64,000 nt of DNA from a virus (taxonomy: Duplodnaviria; Caudoviricetes): IMG/VR virus record IMGVR_UViG_3300037504_000149; one strand, written 5' to 3'. Below the pieces are notes generated by a model. That model was given only the letters and a program-made list of their open reading frames with translations. It did no database searches and was not told the DNA's origin. Made by a program: the position numbers and the translations under genes. Position 1 is the first letter of the stretch, and every line of letters begins with the position of its first letter. Below are positions 28,598 to 38,777 of the stretch, in pieces.

Positions 28598-29003
28598 TAG
28601 TGTCAAAGAAGTATTGCGCGATGCTTTCAGAAAAAAAGATCACTTCTCAACAAAACCGTATTCAACTATTACTGATTTTAGTTATAGTACGAAAGAGGGG
28701 ACAAGACCTTACTACGAAGAAAATGGTGATAAATATGTAGTTGACGAAATTCCCCCTTACTGGTGTGAGCGACTAGGTTGTTATAGTTGTATGTATTCTA
28801 AGTTTGAGGGTACATATAAAGGTTGTTATTGTTTTGAAGTATGTGTAATGGAAGACGGAACCTGCTTATCATATGAACCTAAAGAAGTGACAATCGAAAA
28901 ATGTAAATCACAAAAATCTGCGGCAACTAGAGGCAGAGCTAAAAAAGCAGTAATCGATAAAGGTTCACATCGTCAGACAATAAAAACAGCCTGTAAACCT
29001 TGA
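28575..29003 (+). CDS. hypothetical protein
   Basis: 142 aa ORF. Confidence 0.55.
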   Translation: MIIWELPDSVKEVLRDAFRKKDHFSTKPYSTITDFSYSTKEGTRPYYEENGDKYVVDEIPPYWCERLGCYSCMYSKFEGTYKGCYCFEVCVMEDGTCLSYEPKEVTIEKCKSQKSAATRGRAKKAVIDKGSHRQTIKTACKP

Positions 29004-29060
29004 CAAAACTGATATTATATGCTATACTGTATATAGAAACTCAAACACAAAGGAGAAGTT

Positions 29061-29252
29061 TTGGCCTGGAATTACTACGGACCTTATAGTACATACGAAG
29101 AAGCTGAAGAGCATCTTCGGGAATGTAAAAAGAAACATGAATCCGAGTACGGAGAAAAGGTGCTCGGAAAACAGTGGCAAATTCGCAGTAAAGCGGACGG
29201 CTTTTACGTTCGTATCAGAACGAAAAGTCTGAAAACTGATTGTCCTACATAG
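29061..29252 (+). CDS. small basic protein (paralogue of 40122-40391)
   Basis: Promoter at 29000; W...GPY.TYEEA motif. Confidence 0.6.
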   Translation: MAWNYYGPYSTYEEAEEHLRECKKKHESEYGEKVLGKQWQIRSKADGFYVRIRTKSLKTDCPT

Positions 29253-29263
29253 AAAGGATACAG

Positions 29264-29602
29264 ATGCCTACTCCTACCCTGACGGAAAAGTTGCATCCTC
29301 GGCGATTCGCAGGTATGTCGGGATTCATGGAACGCCTGCTGGCGTACATGATGAACAACGTTTACTATGATGGGGAATTGCCTCATGATGCCTTTACCGG
29401 CACTGCTTGGACTTCTGAAGGGTATCTGATGATTTCTCACGTTGAAGACGGTGGAATGTTGAACCGTTTTCATGGAGCGACACCTACTCAGCTTCGGTAC
29501 AATTTCCGTAAACTTTTCGATACGGCAGAACTAACCGATGCTGAGCTGGAAGAAGCAAAGCTACGTTTCTTCCAAGCGTTTCGTATCACGCTGGACGAGT
29601 AG
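29264..29602 (+). CDS. hypothetical protein
   Basis: AAGGA RBS before MPTPTLTE. Confidence 0.6.
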   Translation: MPTPTLTEKLHPRRFAGMSGFMERLLAYMMNNVYYDGELPHDAFTGTAWTSEGYLMISHVEDGGMLNRFHGATPTQLRYNFRKLFDTAELTDAELEEAKLRFFQAFRITLDE

Positions 29603-30269
29603 TTATGATTACGGAAGGACATCTGGATCCTAAATATGTCATCAAGACGTTAGGCTGTGAAGGGTGTAAGTACGCACTTCCTGATGCCCTCCGTAATAAA
29701 CAAAACTGGTGTAATTATCCTCCATTACATTATAATGAGATGGTTATAACATCAATTCTGTCATTCGTAATTAGTGGGGAGGGGTGCCCGTATAAAGAAG
29801 TTTAACGTAGGAGAAGCTATGCTAGGTTACATTATCTTAGGTGTTATTATATTAGGTGGTATATTAGGATTATGTTTTATTGATTCTATGATTAGTCATT
29901 ATAAATCATTTAAAGATAGAGTACGCTGGAAAAGGTATATAAAAGAGCTTCAGCGTAGAAATAAAGATATACATGACATCGAGTTACCTTTTAGAGTCCG
30001 GGAGTCGGTTGTAGAAAGGTAAGTAATGTCTACGGTAAAGAAAGATACTCCATACGGTGCAATAGTGTACCAACGGGTCACTGCTCGTAATCTTAGAGCC
30101 ACTACACCGTGGGGTATTTCATATCGAATCAAACGTATTAATGGTAAATGGTACTTTGATACGATATGCGTAACATCTACCAGTGATTGGAGAGCAGCGT
30201 GTAGTGACGCTACACGAATACTAGTTAAACGGTATGAGCGTAGTAACCTAGTATAGATAGGAGTCTCTT

Positions 30270-30500
30270 ATGGGGCAGTCAAGCTATAAAAACATCTTCT
30301 TAGGTATCCTAACAATTTTCATCGTTATGATTATGCTAGCCATAGGTTATGGATTGATAACGGTTTACGTTTTCAATTGGTATCCTAACTCTCAGTGGTA
30401 TGAGGTAGCGTTTATAGCAGGCTACATTCAATTAGCAATATGTATCGCAGCTCTAGGTAATTATGCTATTGTAGCTTACGCATTTTCAGATCGTAAATAA
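30270..30500 (+). CDS. small two-TM membrane protein
   Basis: Two hydrophobic helices; AGGAG RBS. Confidence 0.6.
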   Translation: MGQSSYKNIFLGILTIFIVMIMLAIGYGLITVYVFNWYPNSQWYEVAFIAGYIQLAICIAALGNYAIVAYAFSDRK

Positions 30501-30737
30501 TTATGGATAAACACAATATGATTATAGAAGTAAACAGAGGTACACCAAATAATCCCCTGTGGGAGGAAGTATCGATGATACAACGATACTTAACTCCTCC
30601 AGTTGTACAGCGTATACTTTACGGTAGTACGCTTGAGAAGCAACAAGTATCTGTTAACATTTTCCAGTTCCTAGAAATGTTACCTATGACACGAGATTGT
30701 GTCGAGTTCAGATTACGCGAAAGGGGAGGAACGTACC

Positions 30738-31118
30738 ATGCCTAAGCAATACAAGGTGCTGACAGAACAGAAGTATATCATTCCTATTTGGGTTGAGGCG
30801 GATTCTCAAGAGGAAGCCGTTGAGAAGGTTAAGAACGGGGAAGGGTTTGAGCTTGATCACGCAGGACACTATAAAGAGTGTTTGGTTCCTGGTGAGCAAG
30901 GCGACACTCCGGTTGTCGTAGAGGTTCCTGAGAACAGTGAGGGACTCACCCTTTACCGTGTACGGCTGTCTGAGCTGCATTACGGTGAGTATATTGTGTA
31001 TGCAGCAAGTAAGGGAGAGGCGTTTCAGAAGGTTTGGGACGGTGGCGGAGTAGCGTTGGGGCATACGGATTATGTGGACACTTTGGACGATGATAGTGCT
31101 TTGGTGGTAGAGGTGTGA
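30738..31118 (+). CDS. protein with duplicated VEADS-type domain
   Basis: WVEADSQEEAVEKV and VYAASKGEAFQKV repeats. Confidence 0.6.
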   Translation: MPKQYKVLTEQKYIIPIWVEADSQEEAVEKVKNGEGFELDHAGHYKECLVPGEQGDTPVVVEVPENSEGLTLYRVRLSELHYGEYIVYAASKGEAFQKVWDGGGVALGHTDYVDTLDDDSALVVEV

Positions 31119-31504
31119 GAGACTTTAACAAAGACTTGCACGTTAGGGCTGTCATGTTTCTTCAGCGTAACGCTAGGAAGCAGCAAGCAGCGTTAGGTGG
31201 AACTACTGACAGACCTAGACTAGAGTTGCAACGAGATAAGGTGGGAGAAATAGAGGGTTATAGAGGTGATACTATACCACTTTATCGTTACTTCCTTAAT
31301 GATGGTTCTATAGTGGAGGAAGTGGCACAACGTAAAGTTAATCTTAACGATGTACTGGGTATTACTTTAACTCAGTTGATTGATGACAAGTTGGGATGTA
31401 TTATATTTAAGTGCCTACAAACTGATGATGGTAGGGCTTTTGGTAAATGGACGCAAGATGAGATAAAGGAAATTACAGCAAAAATAATTGATAAAATAAC
31501 TTGA
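31115..31504 (+). CDS. hypothetical protein
   Basis: GTGA overlap with the previous gene. Confidence 0.6.
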   Translation: MRDFNKDLHVRAVMFLQRNARKQQAALGGTTDRPRLELQRDKVGEIEGYRGDTIPLYRYFLNDGSIVEEVAQRKVNLNDVLGITLTQLIDDKLGCIIFKCLQTDDGRAFGKWTQDEIKEITAKIIDKIT

Positions 31505-31544
31505 CATAGACACCTGCTTATGGTATCATGGGTGTACGTTACGT

Positions 31545-31929
31545 GGGGCTGATAAGGGTTCGACGTGCGAGTAAAAGTGAGGTAGCATCCCGTGGTTGGT
31601 CTCTAGGCCACGTAAAAAAGAGACCAAACAACAACAGCCGAAAATGCTGTTCCCTTGGCTGCTTAAAAAGCCGCTCCTCTATGGAGCTAGGCTCGTAGCC
31701 CGCCCCCGGAAAGGTTTCTCTGCACCTGACTGGATAAGGCGTCAAAAAGCAGGGGTCCGACTTGGAGTTACCTAATCGCTCCTAAAAGGACTACAGAGTA
31801 ATTAGGTAGGGTGCGCGAGACTGTGCCGTATCAGCCGGACCGCACCGACACGACATGATACGGCTATGGATGTAGATGCCGAAGCGGCACTTGACACGGA
31901 CGCGGGTTCGATTCCCGCCAGCTCCACCA
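31545..31929 (+). ncRNA. ssrA: tmRNA; tag (A)AENAVPLAA*
   Basis: 5' GGGGCTG pairs with 3' CAGCTCC-ACCA including a G3:U pair; T-arm GGGTTCGATTCCC; tag ORF 31637-31666; promoter TTGACA-N17-TATCAT at 31501. Confidence 0.95.
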
Positions 31930-31958
31930 TTATTTTAACTACCTTCAAAGGAGATAGG

Positions 31959-32441
31959 ATGCTGATAATTGAAGATAGTTACAAGATGCTTGATCATATT
32001 GCAGGGGATAAAGAAGGGGAAACCTACTGTGGGCTTTTATATAGAAGCGGATATGCTTTAGAAGATTATCTCCTATCAGGTTATATGCTTTGTGATGTGT
32101 GCCATGCAAAATATATGGAGCAGCACAAAAATAAATTAAACAAGATTGTAGAAGCAAGGGAAATGTACATTCACAAGATTTATGCGCACGATAAAGGGGA
32201 TTCTAGTGTAGGAATCCTCCCCACCGACCAGTATATTACTTTAGATCCTGCATGGTATACAACGTGCTATAACACTGTAGATTTAGAAGAAAGTATTAAG
32301 CTGGTAGTTGAAACTATCGTTGGTGATTACGATACCATTGGTCTACACATAACTCTCAAAGATAAAGATTGTTTTCCTACTACCGAAGAGTACCATGTTA
32401 CAGTTAAAGAACTGTTTGATCTTTTATTAGACGAAAGTTAG
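31959..32441 (+). CDS. hypothetical protein
   Basis: AAGGAG RBS and ATG downstream of the tmRNA. Confidence 0.65.
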   Translation: MLIIEDSYKMLDHIAGDKEGETYCGLLYRSGYALEDYLLSGYMLCDVCHAKYMEQHKNKLNKIVEAREMYIHKIYAHDKGDSSVGILPTDQYITLDPAWYTTCYNTVDLEESIKLVVETIVGDYDTIGLHITLKDKDCFPTTEEYHVTVKELFDLLLDES

Positions 32442-32500
32442 TGTCCGCTTCGTTGTCCGTAAGAAACGGATGTCTGTATCATAAAACCGAAGGAGAAACG

Positions 32501-33253
32501 ATGAGAAAGTTGCTTGTAGTGCTACTTTGGCTAGCTGTTTGCACGATGGCCGTCCCTACTCCCCTCTACGCGACGACAACCGACCCAGCAGACTTAACTG
32601 CATGGCTTTCGTGGCCACAGGGCTGTTATAGTATTGCTGCCGATGATTTTTATATTGACAGCGATCGTACCGACCAAGGCATGATTTCAAGAGTAGTGTT
32701 TCTATACTTCCCGGATTACCTCCCCTCTGATTTTACAATTTCCTTTTACTCCAGCACGGGTTTTGGAACTGACGAGTTGCCTGAAGACTTACTTCACGAA
32801 ACTACAGTCTCGTTTGATTACAAGGTTGTAGGTTATGGTGGTCCGTATGGTGATGATCCTATTGCAGAAGTCTCGGCAGTGTTAGACGATCCGTTTGAGT
32901 TCTCCAATAATGTCCAGTATTGGTGGGTTATGGACATGGATTGGACGGAAGAGTGCTACGCTTTTGGTGCTATTTTTTACGAGACCATCTTACATGATTC
33001 ACCCGCTAGTATCCTGTTTTATGATGAATGGCAAAGGCTTGTAGGGGGCGAGGGAGGAGAAGACACCTTTGGTTTGATGTTCGAGCTATACGGTGCTTAT
33101 TCTTCTATTGTTCCTCCTAACGGTGTAGGTTCAACGGATGAGTGTGATGATACTGTAGGTATGTTGAAGGATAACGGGGGCGGCAATACTGCCCCCCTCC
33201 CCTCCCCATCGTTTATTGAACCTGCTTCCTGGGGACAGATTAAAGCGTTGTAG
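32501..33253 (+). CDS. secreted acidic protein with C-terminal SWGxIK motif
   Basis: Signal peptide MRKLLVVLLWLAVCTMA; ends IEPASWGQIKAL. Confidence 0.7.
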   Translation: MRKLLVVLLWLAVCTMAVPTPLYATTTDPADLTAWLSWPQGCYSIAADDFYIDSDRTDQGMISRVVFLYFPDYLPSDFTISFYSSTGFGTDELPEDLLHETTVSFDYKVVGYGGPYGDDPIAEVSAVLDDPFEFSNNVQYWWVMDMDWTEECYAFGAIFYETILHDSPASILFYDEWQRLVGGEGGEDTFGLMFELYGAYSSIVPPNGVGSTDECDDTVGMLKDNGGGNTAPLPSPSFIEPASWGQIKAL

Positions 33254-33281
33254 TTTGGAAACTTTACGAAAGGAGAAAGAG

Positions 33282-33521
33282 ATGTCAATTACTAATAACA
33301 GTAAAAGAATCGGAACATTAGAATCTCGATTAGACAGCTTAGAGGAAAGATTAGATACACTAGAGGAAAAGATTTCTAGTGTAGTCGATGAGACAGATAG
33401 TTTTGAACTACCTTTTTGTTCTAATACTCTGGAAGAACGGGTGGAGAGGATAGAAGCTGTCCTAGAGGACGACATAAGCTCTTACGAAAATCGTAAGAGC
33501 GAAGAATACTGGAGCAGTTAA
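33282..33521 (+). CDS. coiled-coil protein
   Basis: Heptads LESRLDSLEERLDTLEEKI. Confidence 0.6.
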   Translation: MSITNNSKRIGTLESRLDSLEERLDTLEEKISSVVDETDSFELPFCSNTLEERVERIEAVLEDDISSYENRKSEEYWSS

Positions 33522-33543
33522 AACAACAAAGGAAAGGAGAACT

Positions 33544-33816
33544 ATGTCCAGTTACATCGGCACTGACGTGGAGGTTATGCCTCCCTCCAACCCGAAAACT
33601 GCTGGTTATATTTTCGGGTTCCAAGGCGTAGTCATCGGGGGAAGTGAAAATATCTTGCTGGTGGAAGATCAGTGTGGCGATCTGTTTGAAGTGAACGTAG
33701 ATCAGATCGTGTATATGTCTGGCCATCAACGGCGTGAGGCCCATTGGCCGGAAGGCGTCCAAGTTAAGTTTGAGCCTAACCCCGTCGAACCGATTGAGCA
33801 GTACGGAGTGATGTAG
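33544..33816 (+). CDS. small SH3-like barrel protein
   Basis: F.GVVIG...VEDQCGDLFEV; similar to 37183-37398. Confidence 0.6.
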   Translation: MSSYIGTDVEVMPPSNPKTAGYIFGFQGVVIGGSENILLVEDQCGDLFEVNVDQIVYMSGHQRREAHWPEGVQVKFEPNPVEPIEQYGVM

Positions 33817-33840
33817 TACTAATAGGATAGGAGTGGAGAA

Positions 33841-34566
33841 GTGTTGGATCAGCATTACGTAGACAGTCTTTTAGTTGGCCCTGCCCGTGAAGAATTCTGG
33901 AAGGAATTCTACGGTGCGGCAGCGCTAAAGGCTAGCTACTATCTGGTTCCCGATTTAACGATGCGGGAGAGATTTGCGTTGCGGGATCAGATAGTGGAGA
34001 AAAGTTGGGAAGAACCCCTTGACATCCCCCCTACCCCATATGATAAAATGGAAATCCACTCTTGGGGGTGGAAGAGCCACAAGCGAGCGTGGCAAGACCC
34101 TGTCCCATATGACGGTCCGAAGTGGACGACTGCATACTGGATGGATTCGGACGCCTGCACCAAACTATGGTTCTTCTGGAAAAACCTGTCGCAAGGGGTA
34201 CTTAGAGGCTTGGTGGAAGGCCCCAATGGGCCGCTGGATCACGACCTAATTATGCGGCGTTCCACCTACAGCATAAAAAACTCTGTGTGGAGCCGTTTTG
34301 CGCCCTTCGATCACGTATGGGCGTACTACAGTACGAAAGCAGCAGCTTCATATGAGAAATCCCTGCTAGACGAAGTTTTAGCAGAGGGTGGAAAATTGAA
34401 GAAAGGGGAGTGTTACTTAGGAGATCATAGACGCTGTTCTGAATATGAGGGATGGTATCCCGGCGATCCTCTCCTAGAATGTAACTATGAGGTGCATCTC
34501 GCTGCATTGCAGAAGTACCTCTGTAAAAAAGGGCTTGAATGCCCGCGTAAAAAGGAGGGTAAATGA
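33841..34566 (+). CDS. hypothetical protein
   Basis: 241 aa, GGAG RBS. Confidence 0.65.
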   Translation: MLDQHYVDSLLVGPAREEFWKEFYGAAALKASYYLVPDLTMRERFALRDQIVEKSWEEPLDIPPTPYDKMEIHSWGWKSHKRAWQDPVPYDGPKWTTAYWMDSDACTKLWFFWKNLSQGVLRGLVEGPNGPLDHDLIMRRSTYSIKNSVWSRFAPFDHVWAYYSTKAAASYEKSLLDEVLAEGGKLKKGECYLGDHRRCSEYEGWYPGDPLLECNYEVHLAALQKYLCKKGLECPRKKEGK

Positions 34567-34865
34567 TTAACCTTAACGAATATGAATATGTTGTCTGGCG
34601 GACAACACACAACGGCAAACCCTCCTACCAGCTATGGTGTATCTTTGGAACGCAGTTAGGGAAGCTCGTAGTAGTTGCGCGTCAAGACGAGCTAATGGCC
34701 TCCTATCTGAATGGACACACCGTGGCTATCACGAAGGTAGTCCACGACACAAAACCTGAAGAAGACCGCAAGGGTGTTGCGTTTGCGCGTATCACCCATG
34801 ACGAAAAACAATGCCCTTACTGCATTGCCTATGAGGAAGCGATGCGGGATAACGAAACTTGCTGA
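34563..34865 (+). CDS. hypothetical protein
   Basis: AGGAGG RBS, ATGA overlap. Confidence 0.6.
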   Translation: MINLNEYEYVVWRTTHNGKPSYQLWCIFGTQLGKLVVVARQDELMASYLNGHTVAITKVVHDTKPEEDRKGVAFARITHDEKQCPYCIAYEEAMRDNETC

Positions 34866-34882
34866 AAGGGGAAAGAGGAAAG

Positions 34883-35281
34883 ATGTTCAACAACGTGGCA
34901 GAACCACACCGCAGTATCTTAGAGGCTTTCGTTCCCGAATGTCCGAGCAGGGACTTCCACCTCACCGTTACCATGCTGCGCTTGATCGAGGGAGTGGAAC
35001 GCACCTCAGACAAGCTCCAGCGGTTGCGAGACCTACAACTCGCCTTCGACGGCGATAACAGCCCGAGGGCCTTCATAGAGGGCCGAGAGAAGGCTAAGAA
35101 GCTGCTCGAAGACCTAGAACGTCGTTATTGCCTAGTGCAGGACGGCGCGTGGTACATCGAGCGCCAAGGCGATAGCTACACCCTCAACACCCCGGACCGT
35201 CGTAAAGTCCTGACCGAGGGATGGATCAAGGGGATTGGCTGGGAAGAAGAACTGCGGGAAGCGATGGCGAAGCTGAAGTAA
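34883..35281 (+). CDS. hypothetical protein
   Basis: MFNNVAE start after a GAGG RBS. Confidence 0.6.
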   Translation: MFNNVAEPHRSILEAFVPECPSRDFHLTVTMLRLIEGVERTSDKLQRLRDLQLAFDGDNSPRAFIEGREKAKKLLEDLERRYCLVQDGAWYIERQGDSYTLNTPDRRKVLTEGWIKGIGWEEELREAMAKLK

Positions 35282-35311
35282 TGCTTGGGAGGGTCTAACC
35301 CTTCCTACCTT

Positions 35312-35433
35312 TTTACGATTCCTAGACACTTATCAATAAGTGCCGATGTTTCGTAAAACTTAGCAGTGGAGGAAACAAAACCCCTTTACGATTCGTAGGC
35401 ATCTATCAATAAGTGCCGACGTTTCGTAAAACT
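35312..35433. repeat. two ~49 bp direct repeats, each an imperfect hairpin
   Basis: TTTACGATTC.TAG.CA..TATCAATAAGTGCCGA.GTTTCGTAAAACT at 35312 and 35385. Confidence 0.85.
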
Positions 35434-35450
35434 CAACAAAGGAGAACAAC

Positions 35451-35660
35451 ATGGAACGCTCGTTGCGAGATAAGTTGTTAGATATGATGCGTGACGCTGC
35501 TGCGGATGAACATGGTTTTTGGGCGTGGTTAGATGAGTTAGTCACGAACGAGCTAAACATGCTGATCCACCTAGCTCGTGATAACGGATTGATGGTTGTT
35601 GTCACTGCTGAGGGCGGCGGTGACGGCCGGGAGGCTGTCTACATTCGGCCTTGTGAGTAG
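35451..35660 (+). CDS. small protein, dispersed paralogue family
   Basis: MM.D.AADE.GFW...DEL...VYIRP shared with 36562 and with the C-terminus of 59503. Confidence 0.7.
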   Translation: MERSLRDKLLDMMRDAAADEHGFWAWLDELVTNELNMLIHLARDNGLMVVVTAEGGGDGREAVYIRPCE

Positions 35661-35685
35661 AGATTGAGCTACTAAAGGAGTATAC

Positions 35686-36024
35686 ATGAGTATTCCCCTG
35701 TACTATGATGACACCAACTGTACCCTCGCCATCGTCCTGACGGAGGAGGCCCTGGATTGTGTGGCCTCCAACACGATCCTCGGTTGCCTGTTCGATGTTT
35801 CCGTCGTACAGGAGAAGAGGGTAGACAAGATATATCTGTGCTTCCCTCCGGCGGAGAACAGGCGCACCATCCTCTTGAATGATTACACCCTCCCCCTGGT
35901 CATCCATGACATCATTGCCATCTTGACTCGATTCCGCGATCGTTTCCCCTCCGGCGTTGAGGAGACTAGGGACTCCAAGAAAATCAAGATGTTCGAGACG
36001 AAATGGGAGCCTCTGCGATGCTGA
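35686..36024 (+). CDS. hypothetical protein (paralogue of 10632-10994)
   Basis: Shared IP.YY, LAI..TE, ILGC and CFP. Confidence 0.7.
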   Translation: MSIPLYYDDTNCTLAIVLTEEALDCVASNTILGCLFDVSVVQEKRVDKIYLCFPPAENRRTILLNDYTLPLVIHDIIAILTRFRDRFPSGVEETRDSKKIKMFETKWEPLRC

Positions 36025-36088
36025 AGTATAGCAATGCCGTGAAACAGCAAAGCAACCCTACAGAAATTTCATAGAAAGGAGCATAGAG

Positions 36089-36475
36089 ATGTTCAACACA
36101 TTCGACCACGTGGCTGCGGCCACCAATACACTCCTCTCCAGCACCGAAGCACTGAAGGCGGTTCCGGGCATCCTCCAGGACGCCAACGACCTCATCCGAA
36201 TCCGGCTCCAAGCCCGACCTCCCGCCGAGCACCCCAAGGTCCAGATCTTCAAGGATCTCGTTGCGCTGAATGCGATGCGGGAGCATACCGAGGTTTCTAA
36301 GGAACTGGTGGAAGATGCCCTTGCGGATCGGGACACCATCTTCCCCCTGTTCGGCGATCTGGGTATCATCGAAGCCTTCGATCTCATCCGAAACTTGGAA
36401 GAGCTGGGGTGGACCCACATCAAGATCAACTACACAGAACTCCGGTGGGTCAAGAGGGACTACAATACTGAGTAG
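36089..36475 (+). CDS. hypothetical protein
   Basis: AAGGAG RBS. Confidence 0.65.
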   Translation: MFNTFDHVAAATNTLLSSTEALKAVPGILQDANDLIRIRLQARPPAEHPKVQIFKDLVALNAMREHTEVSKELVEDALADRDTIFPLFGDLGIIEAFDLIRNLEELGWTHIKINYTELRWVKRDYNTE

Positions 36476-36561
36476 CTGCCTCCCCGCCCGCCGGGAATGA
36501 TCCTGGCGGGTAGGGATGCTATTACCACACAACCGCCCCCGTGTGGGCAAAGGAGGGTGCG

Positions 36562-36987
36562 ATGAGCAATGATTTGAAGAGTATGATGCTTGACGTTGCC
36601 GCCGATGAATATGGATTTTGGGGTTATACTGATGAGCTGGAGCCCGGTGAGCTGGACGAACTGAAAAGCGCTGCTGAGGAGCTTGACCTGCGTGTGGTAA
36701 TTGAGCACGGCATCCCCGGTGTTTACATTCGACCGCTTGACACTGGTCTTGGAATTAAGGAGGGTGCGATGAGAACCGGAGAAATCTATACACAGCTACA
36801 CAAACTAGAGGTTAAGATCGACAGCATCAAAGGTATGATGCACAATGAATACCAGCGACGGCTTGTCGAGACGACTGAACCGGAATTTTCTAAAGAAATG
36901 AGATCTCTATGGAACACTAAACGCTACTTAGAAATGGCGAGTTCAGCATTACGCGCCGCACAGCATAACTTTACTACCTTGGTATAG
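36562..36987 (+). CDS. fusion of an AADE.GFW-family domain and a helical domain
   Basis: AAGGAGGGTGCGATGAG appears at both the start and the internal MRTGE. Confidence 0.6.
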   Translation: MSNDLKSMMLDVAADEYGFWGYTDELEPGELDELKSAAEELDLRVVIEHGIPGVYIRPLDTGLGIKEGAMRTGEIYTQLHKLEVKIDSIKGMMHNEYQRRLVETTEPEFSKEMRSLWNTKRYLEMASSALRAAQHNFTTLV

Positions 36988-37182
36988 CACACTTGTTAGT
37001 AGGGAAAAGGAGGCACAGATGGGTACTTTAGTGCTTTTCGTGTTGCCAGCAAGTCTGTTGGGTTTACTATTGTGTTGGTCTGCGCCTCCCATCATTGCCT
37101 TTCCTGCTGCTATACTTTTTGTGGTAGGTGTATTCACATCAATCATCTACCTATTACTTGATCCTTTTGGGGAGTTTCGTAA

Positions 37183-37398
37183 ATGAGACACCACTTCAAA
37201 CAACCCCAGGATAAGGATGGTAAACCTATCCACATTCAGCAGAGAGTTGCAGTAGACTCTACTCCTGAAGACGTTTGGAAAGGTGGTTTCTCAGGCACGG
37301 TCATTAGAATTATCAGTACCTTTAAGGTTACGGTATCTGATTTGAAGGGTCATGCCTTTGATGTACCTGCACACAAGACAAAAGTTTTGGAAGGTTAA
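37183..37398 (+). CDS. small SH3-like barrel protein
   Basis: DKDGKPIHI...FSGTV...V.DLKGHAFDV. Confidence 0.55.
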   Translation: MRHHFKQPQDKDGKPIHIQQRVAVDSTPEDVWKGGFSGTVIRIISTFKVTVSDLKGHAFDVPAHKTKVLEG

Positions 37399-37399
37399 A

Positions 37400-38140
37400 A
37401 TGAATGATGCTCTAGGTGATCGTATGAAGAAGTATGAGAATACTACAAGGTATTACCTACCTCCCCGTACACCTATCATTATTAGAGTAGATGGTAAAGC
37501 CTTTCACACTTATACTAAAAATTGTATAGAACCATTCAGTAATGTTCTAATAAACATAATGAATGAAGTTGGGTTACATCTTTGTGAGAATATCCAGGGT
37601 GCTGAACTAGCATATATTCAAAGTGATGAAATTTCTATATTAGTTCATTACTATAAAAAGTATACTTCATCTGCATGGTTCGATAACAACTTGCAGAAGC
37701 TGGTAAGTGTTTCAGCTAGTCTAGCTACAGAAGCATTCATTAACAGTTTGATGCGGCGTCCCATCGCTTGGCAGTCACAGTTTGGTGGTAAAACACCTAA
37801 CTTTGATAGCCGAGCTTTTTGTATACCAGTAGCGGACGTATGCAATTACTTTATCTGGAGGCAGAAAGATTGGGAACGTAATAGTTTGCAACTACTAGCA
37901 AGAAGTTTATACTCTCATAACGAATTACACGCTAAGAAGCGTGATGAATTGCACGATATGTGTATAGCTAAAGGTAATAACTGGAACCAGCTACCAGGGT
38001 ATTATAAACGAGGTAGATGTGTCAAGTTACTTTGTAATACTGATACTCCTGTTACTAAACGAGAGTGGGTTGTAGAAACTCCTCCCATATTTACTAAAGA
38101 TAGAGATTACGTTGAAGAACATCTGTTTGTTGAACAATGA
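37400..38140 (+). CDS. thg1: tRNA(His) guanylyltransferase Thg1-like protein
   Basis: LGDRMKKYE, IRVDGKAFH, YIQSDEIS, FDSR, NYFIWRQ.D..RNS. Confidence 0.92.
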   Translation: MNDALGDRMKKYENTTRYYLPPRTPIIIRVDGKAFHTYTKNCIEPFSNVLINIMNEVGLHLCENIQGAELAYIQSDEISILVHYYKKYTSSAWFDNNLQKLVSVSASLATEAFINSLMRRPIAWQSQFGGKTPNFDSRAFCIPVADVCNYFIWRQKDWERNSLQLLARSLYSHNELHAKKRDELHDMCIAKGNNWNQLPGYYKRGRCVKLLCNTDTPVTKREWVVETPPIFTKDRDYVEEHLFVEQ

Positions 38141-38150
38141 GAGGTATAGT

Positions 38151-38747
38151 ATGTATAATGATGATGGCAAGTTCTGGGTAGTAGCTATTGTCTTATTAGT
38201 AGTTGGACTCGGTATGGGGATAGTTTTACTCAATATAAATATATTCAGGTATGTTCATACCATAAAGAAAGATATTACTGATGAGTCTATAGAAATGGAA
38301 TTTATTAGAACCAAGAATGGGGGTGACCGCTGTGGTAGCTGTTACTTTGGTTGGGATATTTCTTTCCATGATTTATGGTATGCTACTGATATTAGAGAAG
38401 TTATAGATTACCAACACCACAAAAATTATTGTACACTACACGGTATAGAATTTATTTTTGAAGTTGATGGATTCGATGATGTAGATGAGTGGTATATTTG
38501 GTATTCTCCTAAAGTATCATCAGACCGGGTGTGGCTTAAAGCTGATGAATTATCGAACGATATATGGACAACTATATCAAGTTTAGATATATTAGCAAAA
38601 TATGCTATGGTCTATTCTGATAGACTGTACGGCGAGTTCCAAGTATTAGGTATTTCACGTATCGGACAGAACGGTGCTATAACGAAAATATATTATACTA
38701 ATGTTTACTGGATTAAAATTAGTTTTGGAAATACAAAGTTTCCTTGA
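38151..38747 (+). CDS. membrane-anchored hypothetical protein
   Basis: N-terminal TM helix; GAGG RBS. Confidence 0.6.
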   Translation: MYNDDGKFWVVAIVLLVVGLGMGIVLLNINIFRYVHTIKKDITDESIEMEFIRTKNGGDRCGSCYFGWDISFHDLWYATDIREVIDYQHHKNYCTLHGIEFIFEVDGFDDVDEWYIWYSPKVSSDRVWLKADELSNDIWTTISSLDILAKYAMVYSDRLYGEFQVLGISRIGQNGAITKIYYTNVYWIKISFGNTKFP

Positions 38748-38777
38748 AAAATCACGCTCGTTATGTTATACTGTATT

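Noticed and set aside
29030-29039. Self-targeting by spacer 3
   Set aside because: Only 10 contiguous nt match; no full protospacer for any spacer was seen in this window by eye
31866-31958. tRNA gene or N-terminal extension of the downstream ORF
   Set aside because: This is the tRNA-like 3' end of the tmRNA; no stand-alone tRNA was recognised in the window
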